Positions 32,764 through 42,912 of a DNA stretch of 64,000 nucleotides are shown one piece after another. How positions within the stretch are numbered: position 1 is the stretch's first letter; every line of letters starts with the position of its first letter. Source of the stretch: Candidatus Cryptobacteroides intestinipullorum (GTDB taxonomy: Bacteria; Bacteroidota; Bacteroidia; Bacteroidales; UBA932). Under the pieces are notes generated by a model. The model searched no databases, was not told the origin of the DNA, and worked only from the letters and a program-made list of their open reading frames with translations. The position numbers were made by a program, and so were the translations under genes. The stretch covers positions 14,537 through 78,536 of the forward strand of contig DVIP01000148.1 of assembly GCA_018711225.1 (NCBI GenBank), read 5' to 3'.

Positions 32764-33234
32764 CTATTCTGCAGGTTTGCGTGCTGCATACATGATCTTC
32801 AAGGCCGAACATCTTCTCAGTTCCTGCTTTACGTCAGTGATGATACCCATCCTGACATCAGCATCCGCCCTGATAGCCACTGTCATATACTGTCTGTCCA
32901 CTTCGCTCATCGCGTCGCGCTCTGCAGCGATGAAGTCTCGGATTTCGTCAACTGTCTTGAAAGAATCGTTGAGCTGTATACGTGCATCGGTACCGTACAT
33001 CCTCTGGAGGGAGGCAATAGGTGATCCGATGTTAATGTATGACGTGAGATCCTTGCGTTCCAGTTTGGCGATTTCTGTCGCCTCGGGAAGCTTGACGATA
33101 ACCTTGTTTTCGGTTTCGCGCATATTGGTGGTAACCATGAAGAAGAACAGCAGCATGAACACGATATCGGACATGGATGCCGTGGTCAATCCAGGAACTT
33201 CTTTCTTGGAATTCTTGTTTCCGAATTTAGCCAT
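32764..33234 (-). CDS. exbD: biopolymer transporter ExbD
   Basis: TASMSDIVFMLLFFFMVTT TM motif. Confidence 0.9.
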   Translation of the reverse strand: MAKFGNKNSKKEVPGLTTASMSDIVFMLLFFFMVTTNMRETENKVIVKLPEATEIAKLERKDLTSYINIGSPIASLQRMYGTDARIQLNDSFKTVDEIRDFIAAERDAMSEVDRQYMTVAIRADADVRMGIITDVKQELRRCSALKIMYAARKPAE

Positions 33235-33249
33235 TTTGTTACTCCTTTA

Positions 33250-33825
33250 TTATTGCTTTGAAACGTCCTTAGGCTCTGCCTCGGAAATATTCTGAGGAAT
33301 AGCGTCCCTTACGATCCTCTGTTTTTCCTCGTCCAGGGATATGTATGCCCTGCCGAAATGTGCCTTTGCGAACTCGTCCCTCAGTTCGTTGACAGCCTTT
33401 ACAAGCTCATTCTGTACTTCGATATACTTCTTGTAGCTGGTACCGCGGTCGTTCTGGAGGGAGATAACGCCTTTGGATACATTGTATGTCCCGAATCCCT
33501 CGATCTCTTTCGGAGACCTTTCAGGAAGGTTCGGATCGTTGTTAGGGTTTACAAGGAACTCCTTGATTTTATCTTTCAAGAAACTGACATCCATCGGTTC
33601 ATTACCGGCGAACAACCTGTCAGCGGAATTAATCCTCACTATGATGATATTCCTCCTGTTGATCTTCTGGTCTTCTACCGCCTGCTTTTCATCAGGTATA
33701 GGCGGAAGACGGCGCTGCAGTCCGGATGCCTGATCCATGGTAGTGGTCATCAGGAAGTAGGAAAGCAGCAGGAACGCTATGTCCGCCGATGACGCTGAAT
33801 TTAATTCTGGAGTCTTTTTAGACAT
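33250..33825 (-). CDS. exbD: biopolymer transporter ExbD
   Basis: SASSADIAFLLLSYFLMTT; DRGTSY..YI.VQNEL. Confidence 0.88.
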   Translation of the reverse strand: MSKKTPELNSASSADIAFLLLSYFLMTTTMDQASGLQRRLPPIPDEKQAVEDQKINRRNIIIVRINSADRLFAGNEPMDVSFLKDKIKEFLVNPNNDPNLPERSPKEIEGFGTYNVSKGVISLQNDRGTSYKKYIEVQNELVKAVNELRDEFAKAHFGRAYISLDEEKQRIVRDAIPQNISEAEPKDVSKQ

Positions 33826-33832
33826 ACTTTAC

Positions 33833-34267
33833 TTATTTATTGAGGATTGCATTACGTATTGCACCATAAATGATGGCCAGGACGGTCAGTGCGCAAAGTA
33901 TGTAGGTAAGGTTCAGCACGGTGTCTGTGAGTTTGAGGGTCATCGGGCTGACTTCTTTTCCTACATAACCCATTGCAGGGGCTCCTGAGGACAGCAGGTA
34001 GACAGCACCGACAACAACTACCACCACTACAAGCTCGATAAGCATCTTGAGAAGGTTCTTTGGGTTGTTGATCGCGCTGATGGCTATGCCGAAGAGCACT
34101 GCTGCCGCTATGCCGACCACTACCAGTGCGTATGCCCAGTAGAGAAGCGTGTTCACAGAGGCATCATTGAATCCTACTGCATATCCCCACACAGTTATGG
34201 CTGTACTGACTATCATCAGTACCCATAATGTGATCTTTACTATTGTTTCAAATTTGCTGGATGACAT
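33833..34267 (-). CDS. 4-TM membrane protein of the exbB-exbD operon
   Basis: Four hydrophobic helices; conserved position between exbB and exbD. Confidence 0.8.
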   Translation of the reverse strand: MSSSKFETIVKITLWVLMIVSTAITVWGYAVGFNDASVNTLLYWAYALVVVGIAAAVLFGIAISAINNPKNLLKMLIELVVVVVVVGAVYLLSSGAPAMGYVGKEVSPMTLKLTDTVLNLTYILCALTVLAIIYGAIRNAILNK

Positions 34268-34275
34268 TGTCTGTG

Positions 34276-35076
34276 TTATTTTTTATTCTCATACTTAACC
34301 AGAATATCTACAAGGGAGATAGAAGCGTCTTCCATGTCAATGGACAGTGAGTCTATCCTTGAAACGATGTAGTTGTAGAAAATCTGGAGAATAATAGCCA
34401 CGATCAAACCGCCGACTGTAGTGATCAATGCCACTTTCATACCACCTGCAACGACGTTAGGGGAGATATCACCTGCTGCCTGGATAGCATCGAATGCCTG
34501 CACCATTCCGACCACAGTTCCCAAGAATCCGAGGGATGTTGAAAGCGCGATGAACAGTGCGACCCAGGTAAGACCGTTCTCCATGAGGCTCATCTGTACT
34601 GAACCGTAGGAAACGACAGTCTTCTCCACTACTTCGATTCCCTGATCCATGCGGAGGAATCCCTGGTAGAAGATGCTTGCTACAGGACCGCGGGTGTTGC
34701 GGCAAACTTCCTTGGCTGCTTCTACACCGCCTTCGTTGAGAGCCTCTTCAATCTTGGCAAGAAGCTTCTTGGTGTTTGTCTTTGAGAAGCTCAGGTAAAG
34801 GATTCTCTCGATAGAGATAGCCAGACCGAAGATAAGGCAGAGGATGATTGAGGCCATGAAGCCAGGACCACCTTCGATGAATTTGGTTTTGAGCTGCTGG
34901 TGAAGCGGAATTTCACTTGATGCAGCCTGGAACGGATTGGCGTTTTCTGCAGTTGTTACTTCTTCTGCTGCCGCTGCTGAGTCAGGGGCGGCAGTAGTGT
35001 CAGTCTGAGCTGCTGCGACCTGAACTGAGAAAGCCATCATTGCAATAGTTGCAAGTGATATGAAAAAATTTTTCAT
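34276..35076 (-). CDS. exbB: MotA/TolQ/ExbB proton channel protein
   Basis: LGFLGTVVGMVQAF, GGMKVALITTVGGL. Confidence 0.92.
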   Translation of the reverse strand: MKNFFISLATIAMMAFSVQVAAAQTDTTAAPDSAAAAEEVTTAENANPFQAASSEIPLHQQLKTKFIEGGPGFMASIILCLIFGLAISIERILYLSFSKTNTKKLLAKIEEALNEGGVEAAKEVCRNTRGPVASIFYQGFLRMDQGIEVVEKTVVSYGSVQMSLMENGLTWVALFIALSTSLGFLGTVVGMVQAFDAIQAAGDISPNVVAGGMKVALITTVGGLIVAIILQIFYNYIVSRIDSLSIDMEDASISLVDILVKYENKK

Positions 35077-35210
35077 AATTGAGTGAGTGTGTTTAATTAA
35101 TAATGTATTAGTTTGTTATAATTTTTCAGGTATGCCGGGTCTTTTTACAAGGACTTGCCTTATCCCTAAAATCCGGTGCAATTTAGCAAATAATTTTTAT
35201 ATGACAATAA

Positions 35211-36269
35211 TTATTTTGTTATTTCACCCCTCAGGTTTTCGTCCAGACCGCGTATGACTTCGGCATTGTCTTCGGTCCTTCCCATCAGATAGAAAAGTTT
35301 CGCAAGCGCACCTTCGGTGGTGATGTCGTAGCCTCCCGCCACTCCGGCGTCTTTCAGCCTTTTGCCCGTGGCGTACAGCTCCATGTTCACGGAACCTGCA
35401 AGACACTGTGTCACGTTCAGTATCACCTTGCCCATGGAGATGCCTTCCTTGACCAGGTCCAGGAACCATTCCCTGGAGGGGGCGTTGCCTGCCCCATATG
35501 TCTCGATGATGACGGCTCTTGTCTCCGGCCCGCACAGTATGTTTCTCACTACCTGCGGCGTGATTCCTGGGTGCAGCTTGAGGATGGACACCCTGGTGTC
35601 GAGGCTTGTGTGGAATGCAGGGCGGCGGTCCCAGTCGGACGGCCTGATGATAATGTTCGTGTTGTACCTGATGCTGATTCCCGCTTCTGCCAGATTGGGG
35701 CAGTTCGGGGATCTGAACGCGCGGAAGTCTTCTGAATTTACTTTGCTTGTACGGTTTCCCCTCATGAGGGAGTTTCCGAAACAGATGCAGACTTCCGGCA
35801 CGATTGCGTGTCCGTCACTGTCTTTGGCGGCGGCTATTTCCACGGAAGATATCAGATTTTCCTTCCCGTCGGTCCGTGCGACGCCTATGGGCAGCTGGCT
35901 GCCGGTGAATATGACCGGCTTGGTAAGGCCTTCCGTCATGAAACTCAGGGCCGATGCCGAGTATGCCATGGTGTCGGTCCCGTGCAGTATTACGAAGCCG
36001 TCATATCTGTCATATTTGTCACGGATGAGCCCGGCGAGGGTCTGCCATGTGGAAGGTTCTATATCTGCGGAATCTATGACAGAGTCGAGGGTGCAGTAGT
36101 CTATCCTGTACGCGAATTTACCCAGTTCGGGGACCTCTTCCAGAATCTGGGAGAAGTCGAACGGTTTCAGCGCCTGCTCCGCCGGGTCTACCTTCATTCC
36201 GATGGTTCCGCCGGTATAGATGAGCAGAATGGATGATTTTCCTGTGTTTCCGTCCGGATTGAATTTCAT
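35211..36269 (-). CDS. ansA: type I L-asparaginase
   Basis: IYTGGTIGM, HGTDTM, TGSQLP, ETYGAGN. Confidence 0.92.
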   Translation of the reverse strand: MKFNPDGNTGKSSILLIYTGGTIGMKVDPAEQALKPFDFSQILEEVPELGKFAYRIDYCTLDSVIDSADIEPSTWQTLAGLIRDKYDRYDGFVILHGTDTMAYSASALSFMTEGLTKPVIFTGSQLPIGVARTDGKENLISSVEIAAAKDSDGHAIVPEVCICFGNSLMRGNRTSKVNSEDFRAFRSPNCPNLAEAGISIRYNTNIIIRPSDWDRRPAFHTSLDTRVSILKLHPGITPQVVRNILCGPETRAVIIETYGAGNAPSREWFLDLVKEGISMGKVILNVTQCLAGSVNMELYATGKRLKDAGVAGGYDITTEGALAKLFYLMGRTEDNAEVIRGLDENLRGEITK

Positions 36270-36283
36270 GTCTGAGGGTATTT

Positions 36284-37051
36284 TCAAAAATTGAACAGTC
36301 TTTCTGCGTTCCGGGTGGTCGCCATGGCCACTTCTTCGATGCTTGTGCCTTTCTGCAAGGCCACTTTCCCGGCTATCAGCGGAATGTAGCTGCTTTCGTT
36401 TCTTTCCCCGCGGTGCGGTACCGGGGTCAGGTAAGGGGAGTCGGTCTCGAGTACTATCCTGTCCAGCGGAATGTCCTTTACGGTTTCCGCTATGGATGCG
36501 TTCCTGAATGTCACCACGCCCCCTATGCCGACGTACCAGTCACCGAGTTTCATGATTCTTGCGAATGTTTCCCTGCTGCCTGTGAAAGCGTGGAAAACAC
36601 CTCTGGGGGAGAGTGCCTTGCAGCGTTCGAGTACATTTAATATGAGTTCCGTGGCTTCCCTCGCATGGATTATGACGGGAAGTCCAAGTCTGCAGGAAAG
36701 GCGCACCTGTCTCTCGAAGGCGGCTTCCTGTTCCCTGACAAATTCCCTGGACCAGTAGCAGTCCATGCCGGTTTCCCCGATGGCGCAGATCCCGGGACCT
36801 GCCAGACTTTCTATCTTTTCCAGCTCTTCCTCCCATCCGGGTCCGACTGATGTCGGATGCAGGCCGAGGCAGGTATATATGTTTCCCGGGTATTTCCCTG
36901 CAAGGTCGTTCATCGCCTGTCTGGACGTGCTGTCTATGTCCGGGAAAACCATCCTGGTGACACCGGCCCTGACCGCCCTTTCCACTGCAGCGCAGGCATC
37001 ATCCCGGAACTGTTCGTCATACAGGTGGGTATGGGTATCTGTAAAAATCAT
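36284..37051 (-). CDS. TatD family hydrolase
   Basis: DTHTH, GLHP, IGETGMD, IIHAR, FHAF, LETDSPYL. Confidence 0.93.
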   Translation of the reverse strand: MIFTDTHTHLYDEQFRDDACAAVERAVRAGVTRMVFPDIDSTSRQAMNDLAGKYPGNIYTCLGLHPTSVGPGWEEELEKIESLAGPGICAIGETGMDCYWSREFVREQEAAFERQVRLSCRLGLPVIIHAREATELILNVLERCKALSPRGVFHAFTGSRETFARIMKLGDWYVGIGGVVTFRNASIAETVKDIPLDRIVLETDSPYLTPVPHRGERNESSYIPLIAGKVALQKGTSIEEVAMATTRNAERLFNF

Positions 37052-37077
37052 TTTTCAAACAGGTATATCCTGCAAAT

Positions 37078-38235
37078 TTAAGCATTTTTTCCGTTGATTG
37101 AGCATCTCTGCATGAGGTCGACGGAAATGAACCCGTCACTTTCCAGAAGTCCCGTGATTTCGGCTGTCACCCTGAATCCGAGACCCGTGGCATCTGCAAG
37201 TTCCTGGATGGAAATCCTTCGGTTTTTCTTGATATGCAACAGCACCCTGGCTATTTCATCCGTGCGTCCGGTCCATGCGGGCCTGTCCCTGCAGATTTCC
37301 GCGATATTCCTTTCCGCTTTCTTCTCCGGCGTGTAGCCCAGGCTGGATATGAAGTCTTCCATGGAAGTTACCGGTATGGCACATCCTGACCTTACAAGTA
37401 TGTTGCAGCCTTCGGACATGGGGTCGTCAGCCCTGCCGGGCAATGCGAATACGTCGCGGTCGTATGAAAAGGCCTGCCGTGCGGTAATCATCCCGCCGCC
37501 CCTGGCCCTGGACTCTATCAGTACTGTAGCTCTGGAGATTCCCGCTATTATCCTGTTCCTGCGTATGAAATTAATGGCGACGGCACGGGTGCGCAGCGGA
37601 TAATCCGTGATTGCGGCCGAGCCGTCCGAGGCCGCGATTCTTCCTGCATGGCCTCTGTGGGCGGCCGGATAAACGGAGTCCGCCCCGGTAGCCATCACCG
37701 CTATGGTCCGCAATCCTGCATCCAGGGCGGCAAGATGTGCGGTAATGTCCGTACCGTATGCAAGGCCGCTGACTATGACTGGCGGCTTTTCCGTATGTGC
37801 AAGCGCCTGCACGATTTGTCTGCACCAGTCCCGTCCGTAAGCGGAAATGTTCCTCGTCCCCACGATGGAGATGAAGTCACGGTCTCCGGCAAGGCAGGTT
37901 TCCGGCGTCCGGCTTCTGATGTAGAGGCCCGACGGCGCGTCTTCGCATTCGGAAAGCAGTTCCGGATATCCCTTTTCTCCACGTCCTATGAATGCGATTC
38001 CGAGGGCTGAGGCTTCAATGAGTTCCTTTTCCGCACTCTCAAGGGATGCCGGGCCTATCTGTCCTGCATATTTGGAATGTGGTCCCAATATTTCATCGAG
38101 TGTGTCTTTCCCCAGACTGAAAACCTCTTTTGCGCTGCCCAAATGCCGGATGAGTGCGGAGGCAATCCTCGGCTCATATCCGAATATGCGGTTCAGTGCG
38201 CAGAGGCAGATTTTTTCTTCATCGAATGTCGGCAT
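37078..38235 (-). CDS. dprA: DNA-processing protein DprA
   Basis: SIVGTR, VSGLAYGTD..AH, F..RNRIIAG, ALPGR...SEGCN. Confidence 0.93.
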   Translation of the reverse strand: MPTFDEEKICLCALNRIFGYEPRIASALIRHLGSAKEVFSLGKDTLDEILGPHSKYAGQIGPASLESAEKELIEASALGIAFIGRGEKGYPELLSECEDAPSGLYIRSRTPETCLAGDRDFISIVGTRNISAYGRDWCRQIVQALAHTEKPPVIVSGLAYGTDITAHLAALDAGLRTIAVMATGADSVYPAAHRGHAGRIAASDGSAAITDYPLRTRAVAINFIRRNRIIAGISRATVLIESRARGGGMITARQAFSYDRDVFALPGRADDPMSEGCNILVRSGCAIPVTSMEDFISSLGYTPEKKAERNIAEICRDRPAWTGRTDEIARVLLHIKKNRRISIQELADATGLGFRVTAEITGLLESDGFISVDLMQRCSINGKNA

Positions 38236-38267
38236 TTTTGCCCTAAAGATAGGGGATAGAAAACAAT

Positions 38268-38302
38268 AAAACAGGCCGGAAGCATGACCGCCGGCCTGTT
38301 TT
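38268..38302. terminator. bidirectional-type terminator between queA and dprA
   Basis: aaaacaggccgg...ccggcctgtttt. Confidence 0.75.
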
Positions 38303-38367
38303 TTCTTTTTCAATAAGAATATTTTCCTTTTCTGTAACTTCCGGTCTTGAGCGGAAGCCATGCCGTA

Positions 38368-39417
38368 TCAGATAATCAGCAGTGCGTCCCCGTAAGGGCC
38401 GAACTTGTAGTCTTCCTTCAGGGCTGTATCGTATGCCTTCATCACTTTCTCGTAGTCTCCGAAGGCGGCCACAGACATTAGCATGGTGGAACCCGGTATG
38501 TGGAAGTTCGATACGATGGCATCCGGAATGGCGAACCTGTACGGCGGGAAGATGAATTTGTTTGTCCATCCGTCAAAAGGATTCACTTCGTCGTATGATG
38601 TGACGTATGTTTCCAAAGCTCTCATTACGGTGACACCTACGGCCAGCACCTTGTGCCTGGCCCTTTTGGTCTTGTTTATTACATCTGCCGCCTCTTCCGG
38701 TATGATGACCCTTTCCGAATCCATCTTATGCTTCGAAAGGTCTTCGACATCCACGGAGCGGAAATGTCCTATGCCCATGTGTAGGGTGATGAAAACCTTG
38801 TTTATATCCTTGAGAATCATTCTGTTGAACAGTTCCCTGCTGAAGTGCAGCCCTGCTGCCGGAGCGGCTACCGCACCCTCGTTCCGGGCAAATATGGTCT
38901 GGTAGTTCTCTGCATCCTCGGGAAGCGCCTTTTCCCTTACGAATTTGGGGAGCGGGGTTTCTCCCAGCGAATACAGTGTGTGCTTGAAGTCCTCGTAGGA
39001 ACCGTCATAAAGGAAGCGGAGAGTGCGGCCTCTGGATGTAGTGTTGTCGATGACTTCGGCCACCAGGCTTTCGTCTTCCCCGAAATAGAGTTTGTTCCCT
39101 ATCCTGATTTTCCTGGCCGGATCTACTATGACATCCCACAGTCTCTGTTCCTTGTTCAATTCGCGCAGGAGGAAAACTTCGATTTCGGCTTTCGTTTTTT
39201 CCTTGTTCCCGTAAAGTCTTGCAGGAAACACTTTGGTGTCATTCAGGACGAAGGTGTCTCCCTTGCCGAAATAGTCTATTATATTCTTGAAGAGTTTGTG
39301 CTCTATTTCCCCTGTGTCCTTATGAAGAACCATCAGCTTGCATTCGTCTCTCCATCTCGGAGGTTCCTGTGCTATCTTGTCATTGGGGAGGTTGAATTGG
39401 AATTGTGACAGTTTCAT
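38368..39417 (-). CDS. queA: S-adenosylmethionine:tRNA ribosyltransferase-isomerase
   Basis: [38 protein letters not shown]. Confidence 0.93.
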   Translation of the reverse strand: MKLSQFQFNLPNDKIAQEPPRWRDECKLMVLHKDTGEIEHKLFKNIIDYFGKGDTFVLNDTKVFPARLYGNKEKTKAEIEVFLLRELNKEQRLWDVIVDPARKIRIGNKLYFGEDESLVAEVIDNTTSRGRTLRFLYDGSYEDFKHTLYSLGETPLPKFVREKALPEDAENYQTIFARNEGAVAAPAAGLHFSRELFNRMILKDINKVFITLHMGIGHFRSVDVEDLSKHKMDSERVIIPEEAADVINKTKRARHKVLAVGVTVMRALETYVTSYDEVNPFDGWTNKFIFPPYRFAIPDAIVSNFHIPGSTMLMSVAAFGDYEKVMKAYDTALKEDYKFGPYGDALLII

Positions 39418-39628
39418 TAAATCTGGTGCCTGTAAGGCATGTTATTCATTAAACATTAAGCAAATTTCCACATTTGTCTGCAAGAATCCGGTACTGCGGC
39501 GGCAGCTTCTATTTTTATGCATGGCGGCAGCCTGCCGGTAATCCGATGACATTATGTTATACGAATTTTCCGGAAAAATGTTTCAATTTTTTTGAAATGT
39601 TGGAAAAAAGAATTATATTGACAAGAAT

Positions 39629-40249
39629 TTATCCCAATTTTTCCTTGAAGACTTCCTGAATCGACGGATATGTGTTGTTCAGAAAGGCCGGGAGGCTGGA
39701 TTTCGCCACCCACGCGGCCTTGGTGATATCTTCTTCTTTCTGCGGCGTCAGGTCTGCAGGGTCCGTGTAGAGCATGTCGAACCACCATGTGTGTTTCAGA
39801 TGCCAGATGCCGTTTCTTTTGTAGCAGTGGTCCGTGATGCAGACAAGGTCACCGAGCTGCAGGGAATCCACTCCCGTTTCCTCCCTTACTTCACGCAATG
39901 CCGTGACCTTTATGTCTTCGCCTTCCTCCCTGTGACCTTTGGGAAGGTCCCACAAGCCGTTTCTCCTTATGAGAAGGAAATCCCCCCGCCTGTTGGATAC
40001 AAGCCCGCCTCCGGCATCCACTTCCTTGAATTCCGAACACAGTTTTCTGTATGTGTCTTCAGAATCTTCCGCAGGAATGTAAATGCGTGCGAGCGAACCG
40101 GTGACTTCAAACATGTCCACTATGGCATGTATGTCCGGCTTGTCCCCTGACCTGAACTGTATGGCGTTGGGGTCGGTGAGCGCCTGTTCGTATGGAGGGC
40201 ATATTATTATGCATCTTTTTTCAAAATATATCTTATGCATTATATCCAT
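39629..40249 (-). CDS. NUDIX hydrolase
   Basis: WDLPKGHREEGEDIKVTALREVREETG Nudix box. Confidence 0.9.
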   Translation of the reverse strand: MDIMHKIYFEKRCIIICPPYEQALTDPNAIQFRSGDKPDIHAIVDMFEVTGSLARIYIPAEDSEDTYRKLCSEFKEVDAGGGLVSNRRGDFLLIRRNGLWDLPKGHREEGEDIKVTALREVREETGVDSLQLGDLVCITDHCYKRNGIWHLKHTWWFDMLYTDPADLTPQKEEDITKAAWVAKSSLPAFLNNTYPSIQEVFKEKLG

Positions 40250-40302
40250 GGAAATTACTATATTTGCAAAATATGTCCTGCAAATATACGCAGAAGCCGA
40301 GA

Positions 40303-40335
40303 GCAATACAAACGAGCTTGCTCGATTTGTATTGC
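40303..40335. repeat. REP-like hairpin in the NUDIX/pyrE divergent region
   Basis: gcaatacaaa-cgagc-tt-gctcg-a-tttgtattgc. Confidence 0.6.
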
Positions 40336-40441
40336 CGAGGCGCTACAGGATATGCGGCGAAGCGTTGCACTGACATGTCTTGACTGGAAGCAGGACGTCG
40401 GACAATGACAATAAATGAATGATAATAATAAAACAACGATT

Positions 40442-41080
40442 ATGGAATCAAAGGAAATATCGGTAGCCAAATCCCTCCTGGATATCAAGGCCGTGCTGCT
40501 GAATCCGGAAAAGCCGTTCGTCTGGGCATCGGGATGGCTCTCACCTATCTATTGTGACAACAGGCGGATACTTTCTTATCCTGAAATCAGGGAGAACATA
40601 GCGCGGCTGATGGCGGAAATCATCAGACGGAAATATCCTGAAGTGGATGTCATCGCAGGAGTGGCTACGGGAGCCATAGCCCATGGCATGCTGGTGGCAT
40701 ACTTTCTCGGCAAGCCGTTCATCTACGTGCGCCCGAAGCCGAAGGATCACGGCACAGGCTCGCAGATTGAAGGTATTCTGGAGAAAGGTGCGAAAGTGGT
40801 CGTAGTGGAAGATCTCATATCTACCGGAAAAAGCAGCCTTTCTGCCGTGGATGCTCTGAACAAGGAAGCTGCCGAGGTGCTTGGAATGGTGGCGATTTTC
40901 TCTTATAATTTCAACCAGGCAAGGCGTGCTTTCGAAGTGGCTGACGTGGAACTCACGACACTCACCAATTACGACACTCTCATAGATGTGGCCTGCAGCA
41001 CAGGTTATATCAAGGATTCTGATATGGAGCTTCTGAAGGAATGGAGATTCTCTCCTTCCACGTGGGGCAAGACCGAGTGA
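40442..41080 (+). CDS. pyrE: orotate phosphoribosyltransferase
   Basis: ASG..SPIYCDNR, GVATGAI, YVR.K.K.HG, VVEDLISTG. Confidence 0.95.
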   Translation: MESKEISVAKSLLDIKAVLLNPEKPFVWASGWLSPIYCDNRRILSYPEIRENIARLMAEIIRRKYPEVDVIAGVATGAIAHGMLVAYFLGKPFIYVRPKPKDHGTGSQIEGILEKGAKVVVVEDLISTGKSSLSAVDALNKEAAEVLGMVAIFSYNFNQARRAFEVADVELTTLTNYDTLIDVACSTGYIKDSDMELLKEWRFSPSTWGKTE

Positions 41081-41083
41081 TAT

Positions 41084-41536
41084 ATGGCGACACAGATAAA
41101 AAGCAAACATGCCACAGTGTCCAGGCAGCCGTATGAACTTTATATGGGCTTCGTGGACATGCGGAATTTCGTGCAGTTCCTTCCGGAAGAAAAGAAAAAA
41201 GACGTGGAAGCGGACTATGATTCCATCAGGGGGACTGTTCAGGGGTTCAATGTCGGGATCAGGGTCGTGGAGCGTGTTCCTTATTCAAGAATAGACTTCA
41301 AGGATGACGGGGCTCCGTTCCAGTTTTCGCTCTCCATGTTTTTCGACCCTGCACAGGAGGCCGGCAAGACGGATTTCCATATAGAATTTTCTGCGGAGTT
41401 GAACTTCATGATGAAAATGCTGCTCGGCTCCAAACTCCAGGAAGCTCTGGACAAGGTGGTGACCTCTCTGGCCGATGCTTCGGAGGGAAAGATGCCGGAA
41501 GGATTTGACCCGTCTGAATATGGATTCGGGAAATGA
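41084..41536 (+). CDS. SRPBCC-like small protein
   Basis: 150-aa ORF after pyrE; ends ELNFMMKMLLGSKLQEALDKVV. Confidence 0.6.
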   Translation: MATQIKSKHATVSRQPYELYMGFVDMRNFVQFLPEEKKKDVEADYDSIRGTVQGFNVGIRVVERVPYSRIDFKDDGAPFQFSLSMFFDPAQEAGKTDFHIEFSAELNFMMKMLLGSKLQEALDKVVTSLADASEGKMPEGFDPSEYGFGK

Positions 41537-42887
41537 CCTTTTCATAAGATATCTGAGCGAGGCGATCGGAGCCGGAAAGGCGAAGGTCGCCTTGTCTGCT
41601 TTGGGTGAGCCTGCTTCCGTTTCCGTCAGGATGAATCCCTGCAAGCTTCCTGCATCCGGACATTTCCAGGGAAAAGTTTCCGGGGTTCCGTGGTCGGAAT
41701 ACGGGCTTATGCTTGAGGACAGGCCGGTCTTTACTCTGGACCCGCTGCTTCATGCAGGATGCTATTATGTACAGGACTCGTCGTCCATGTTTGTCGGCCA
41801 TGTCCTGAGAAAGATATTGCCGGAGGTGCATGCTGACGGCCCTTTGAGGGTTCTGGATCTGTGTGCGGCACCCGGAGGCAAGACTACCGATGCGGCGGCT
41901 TCGCTGAGGTCCGTGCTTGGTGACGGATTCCTGCTGGTATCGAATGAAGTGATCCGTTCAAGGGCATCTGTTCTTGCGGCCAATGTCGCGTTGTGGGGAG
42001 ACCCGTCCGTGATGGTGACAAGCGCCGACCCCGCCGTGATTGGCAGGAACGAGGGATTCTTCGACATAATATTGGCCGATGTGCCGTGTTCCGGCGAAGG
42101 GATGTTCAGAAAAGACGCTGATTCGGCGGCGCAATGGTCGGAGGAAAACGTGGAGCATTGTGTCGCCAGGCAGCGGCGGATTCTTGCCGATGTCTGGCCG
42201 GCATTGGCCGAAGGCGGTCTGCTTCTGTATTCGACATGTACTTTCAACAGGTATGAGAACGACGGCAATGTCCGTTGGGCGGCGGATACATTGGGAGCTG
42301 AGCCTTATGACCCGGAGGCGGCTCCGGACTGGCCGGAAATAATCCGGACGGAATACGGGTACAGTCTTGTCCCCGGTTTTGTGAAGGGCGAGGGCCAGTA
42401 TTGTGCGGTGTTGAGGAAGACTGGGGGAAAACCGCGGATGAAAGTATCGGGAAATGGAAGGAAACGGGCCAATGGAGTATTGCCGGCAGGTGTGTTTTCC
42501 ATTCCCGTGACGGAAATCGTGAAAGGGGATATTGTCAAGGCTGTCCCCGAGGTGATAGCTGATGATGCTGCATGGCTGGAGAGCGCAGTGAGGACAGTAG
42601 CTTCAGGGTGTGCCGCATTCAGCCGGAAAGGAAAGGATTTGGTTCCGTGTGCCGACCTGGCCCTGTCGGTATGTCTGGGAAAGGATGTTTTCCCGAGAGC
42701 GGATACGGACAGGAAAACTGCCCTAAGGTTCCTTCACAGGGATACTTTTTCTCTTCCTGATGCCGAAAAAGGCTATGTAATGATATGTTTTGAGGGACAT
42801 CCTCTCGGTTTCGTGAAAAATCTCGGAAACAGGTGCAACAGTCTCCATCCGCAGGAACGGCGTATCAGGATGGATATAGGCTGTTGA
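41520..42887 (+). CDS. RsmF/NOL1/NOP2-family rRNA cytosine-C5 methyltransferase
   Basis: VLDLCAAPGGKT, DVPCSGEG, YSTCT..ENE-like motifs. Confidence 0.93.
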   Translation: MDSGNDLFIRYLSEAIGAGKAKVALSALGEPASVSVRMNPCKLPASGHFQGKVSGVPWSEYGLMLEDRPVFTLDPLLHAGCYYVQDSSSMFVGHVLRKILPEVHADGPLRVLDLCAAPGGKTTDAAASLRSVLGDGFLLVSNEVIRSRASVLAANVALWGDPSVMVTSADPAVIGRNEGFFDIILADVPCSGEGMFRKDADSAAQWSEENVEHCVARQRRILADVWPALAEGGLLLYSTCTFNRYENDGNVRWAADTLGAEPYDPEAAPDWPEIIRTEYGYSLVPGFVKGEGQYCAVLRKTGGKPRMKVSGNGRKRANGVLPAGVFSIPVTEIVKGDIVKAVPEVIADDAAWLESAVRTVASGCAAFSRKGKDLVPCADLALSVCLGKDVFPRADTDRKTALRFLHRDTFSLPDAEKGYVMICFEGHPLGFVKNLGNRCNSLHPQERRIRMDIGC

Positions 42888-42912
42888 TCGGGATAATATT
42901 TTTAGGAAAATT

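Noticed and set aside
38236-38361. N-terminal extension of dprA (likewise the ORF-track extensions of typA, coaD, the MurU-like gene and the FtsB-like gene)
   Set aside because: Extensions cross terminators, promoters or upstream genes; conserved sequence starts at a later ATG
39535-39563. dif-like TTATGTTATAC
   Set aside because: Partial arm only; the flanking sequence does not fit dif
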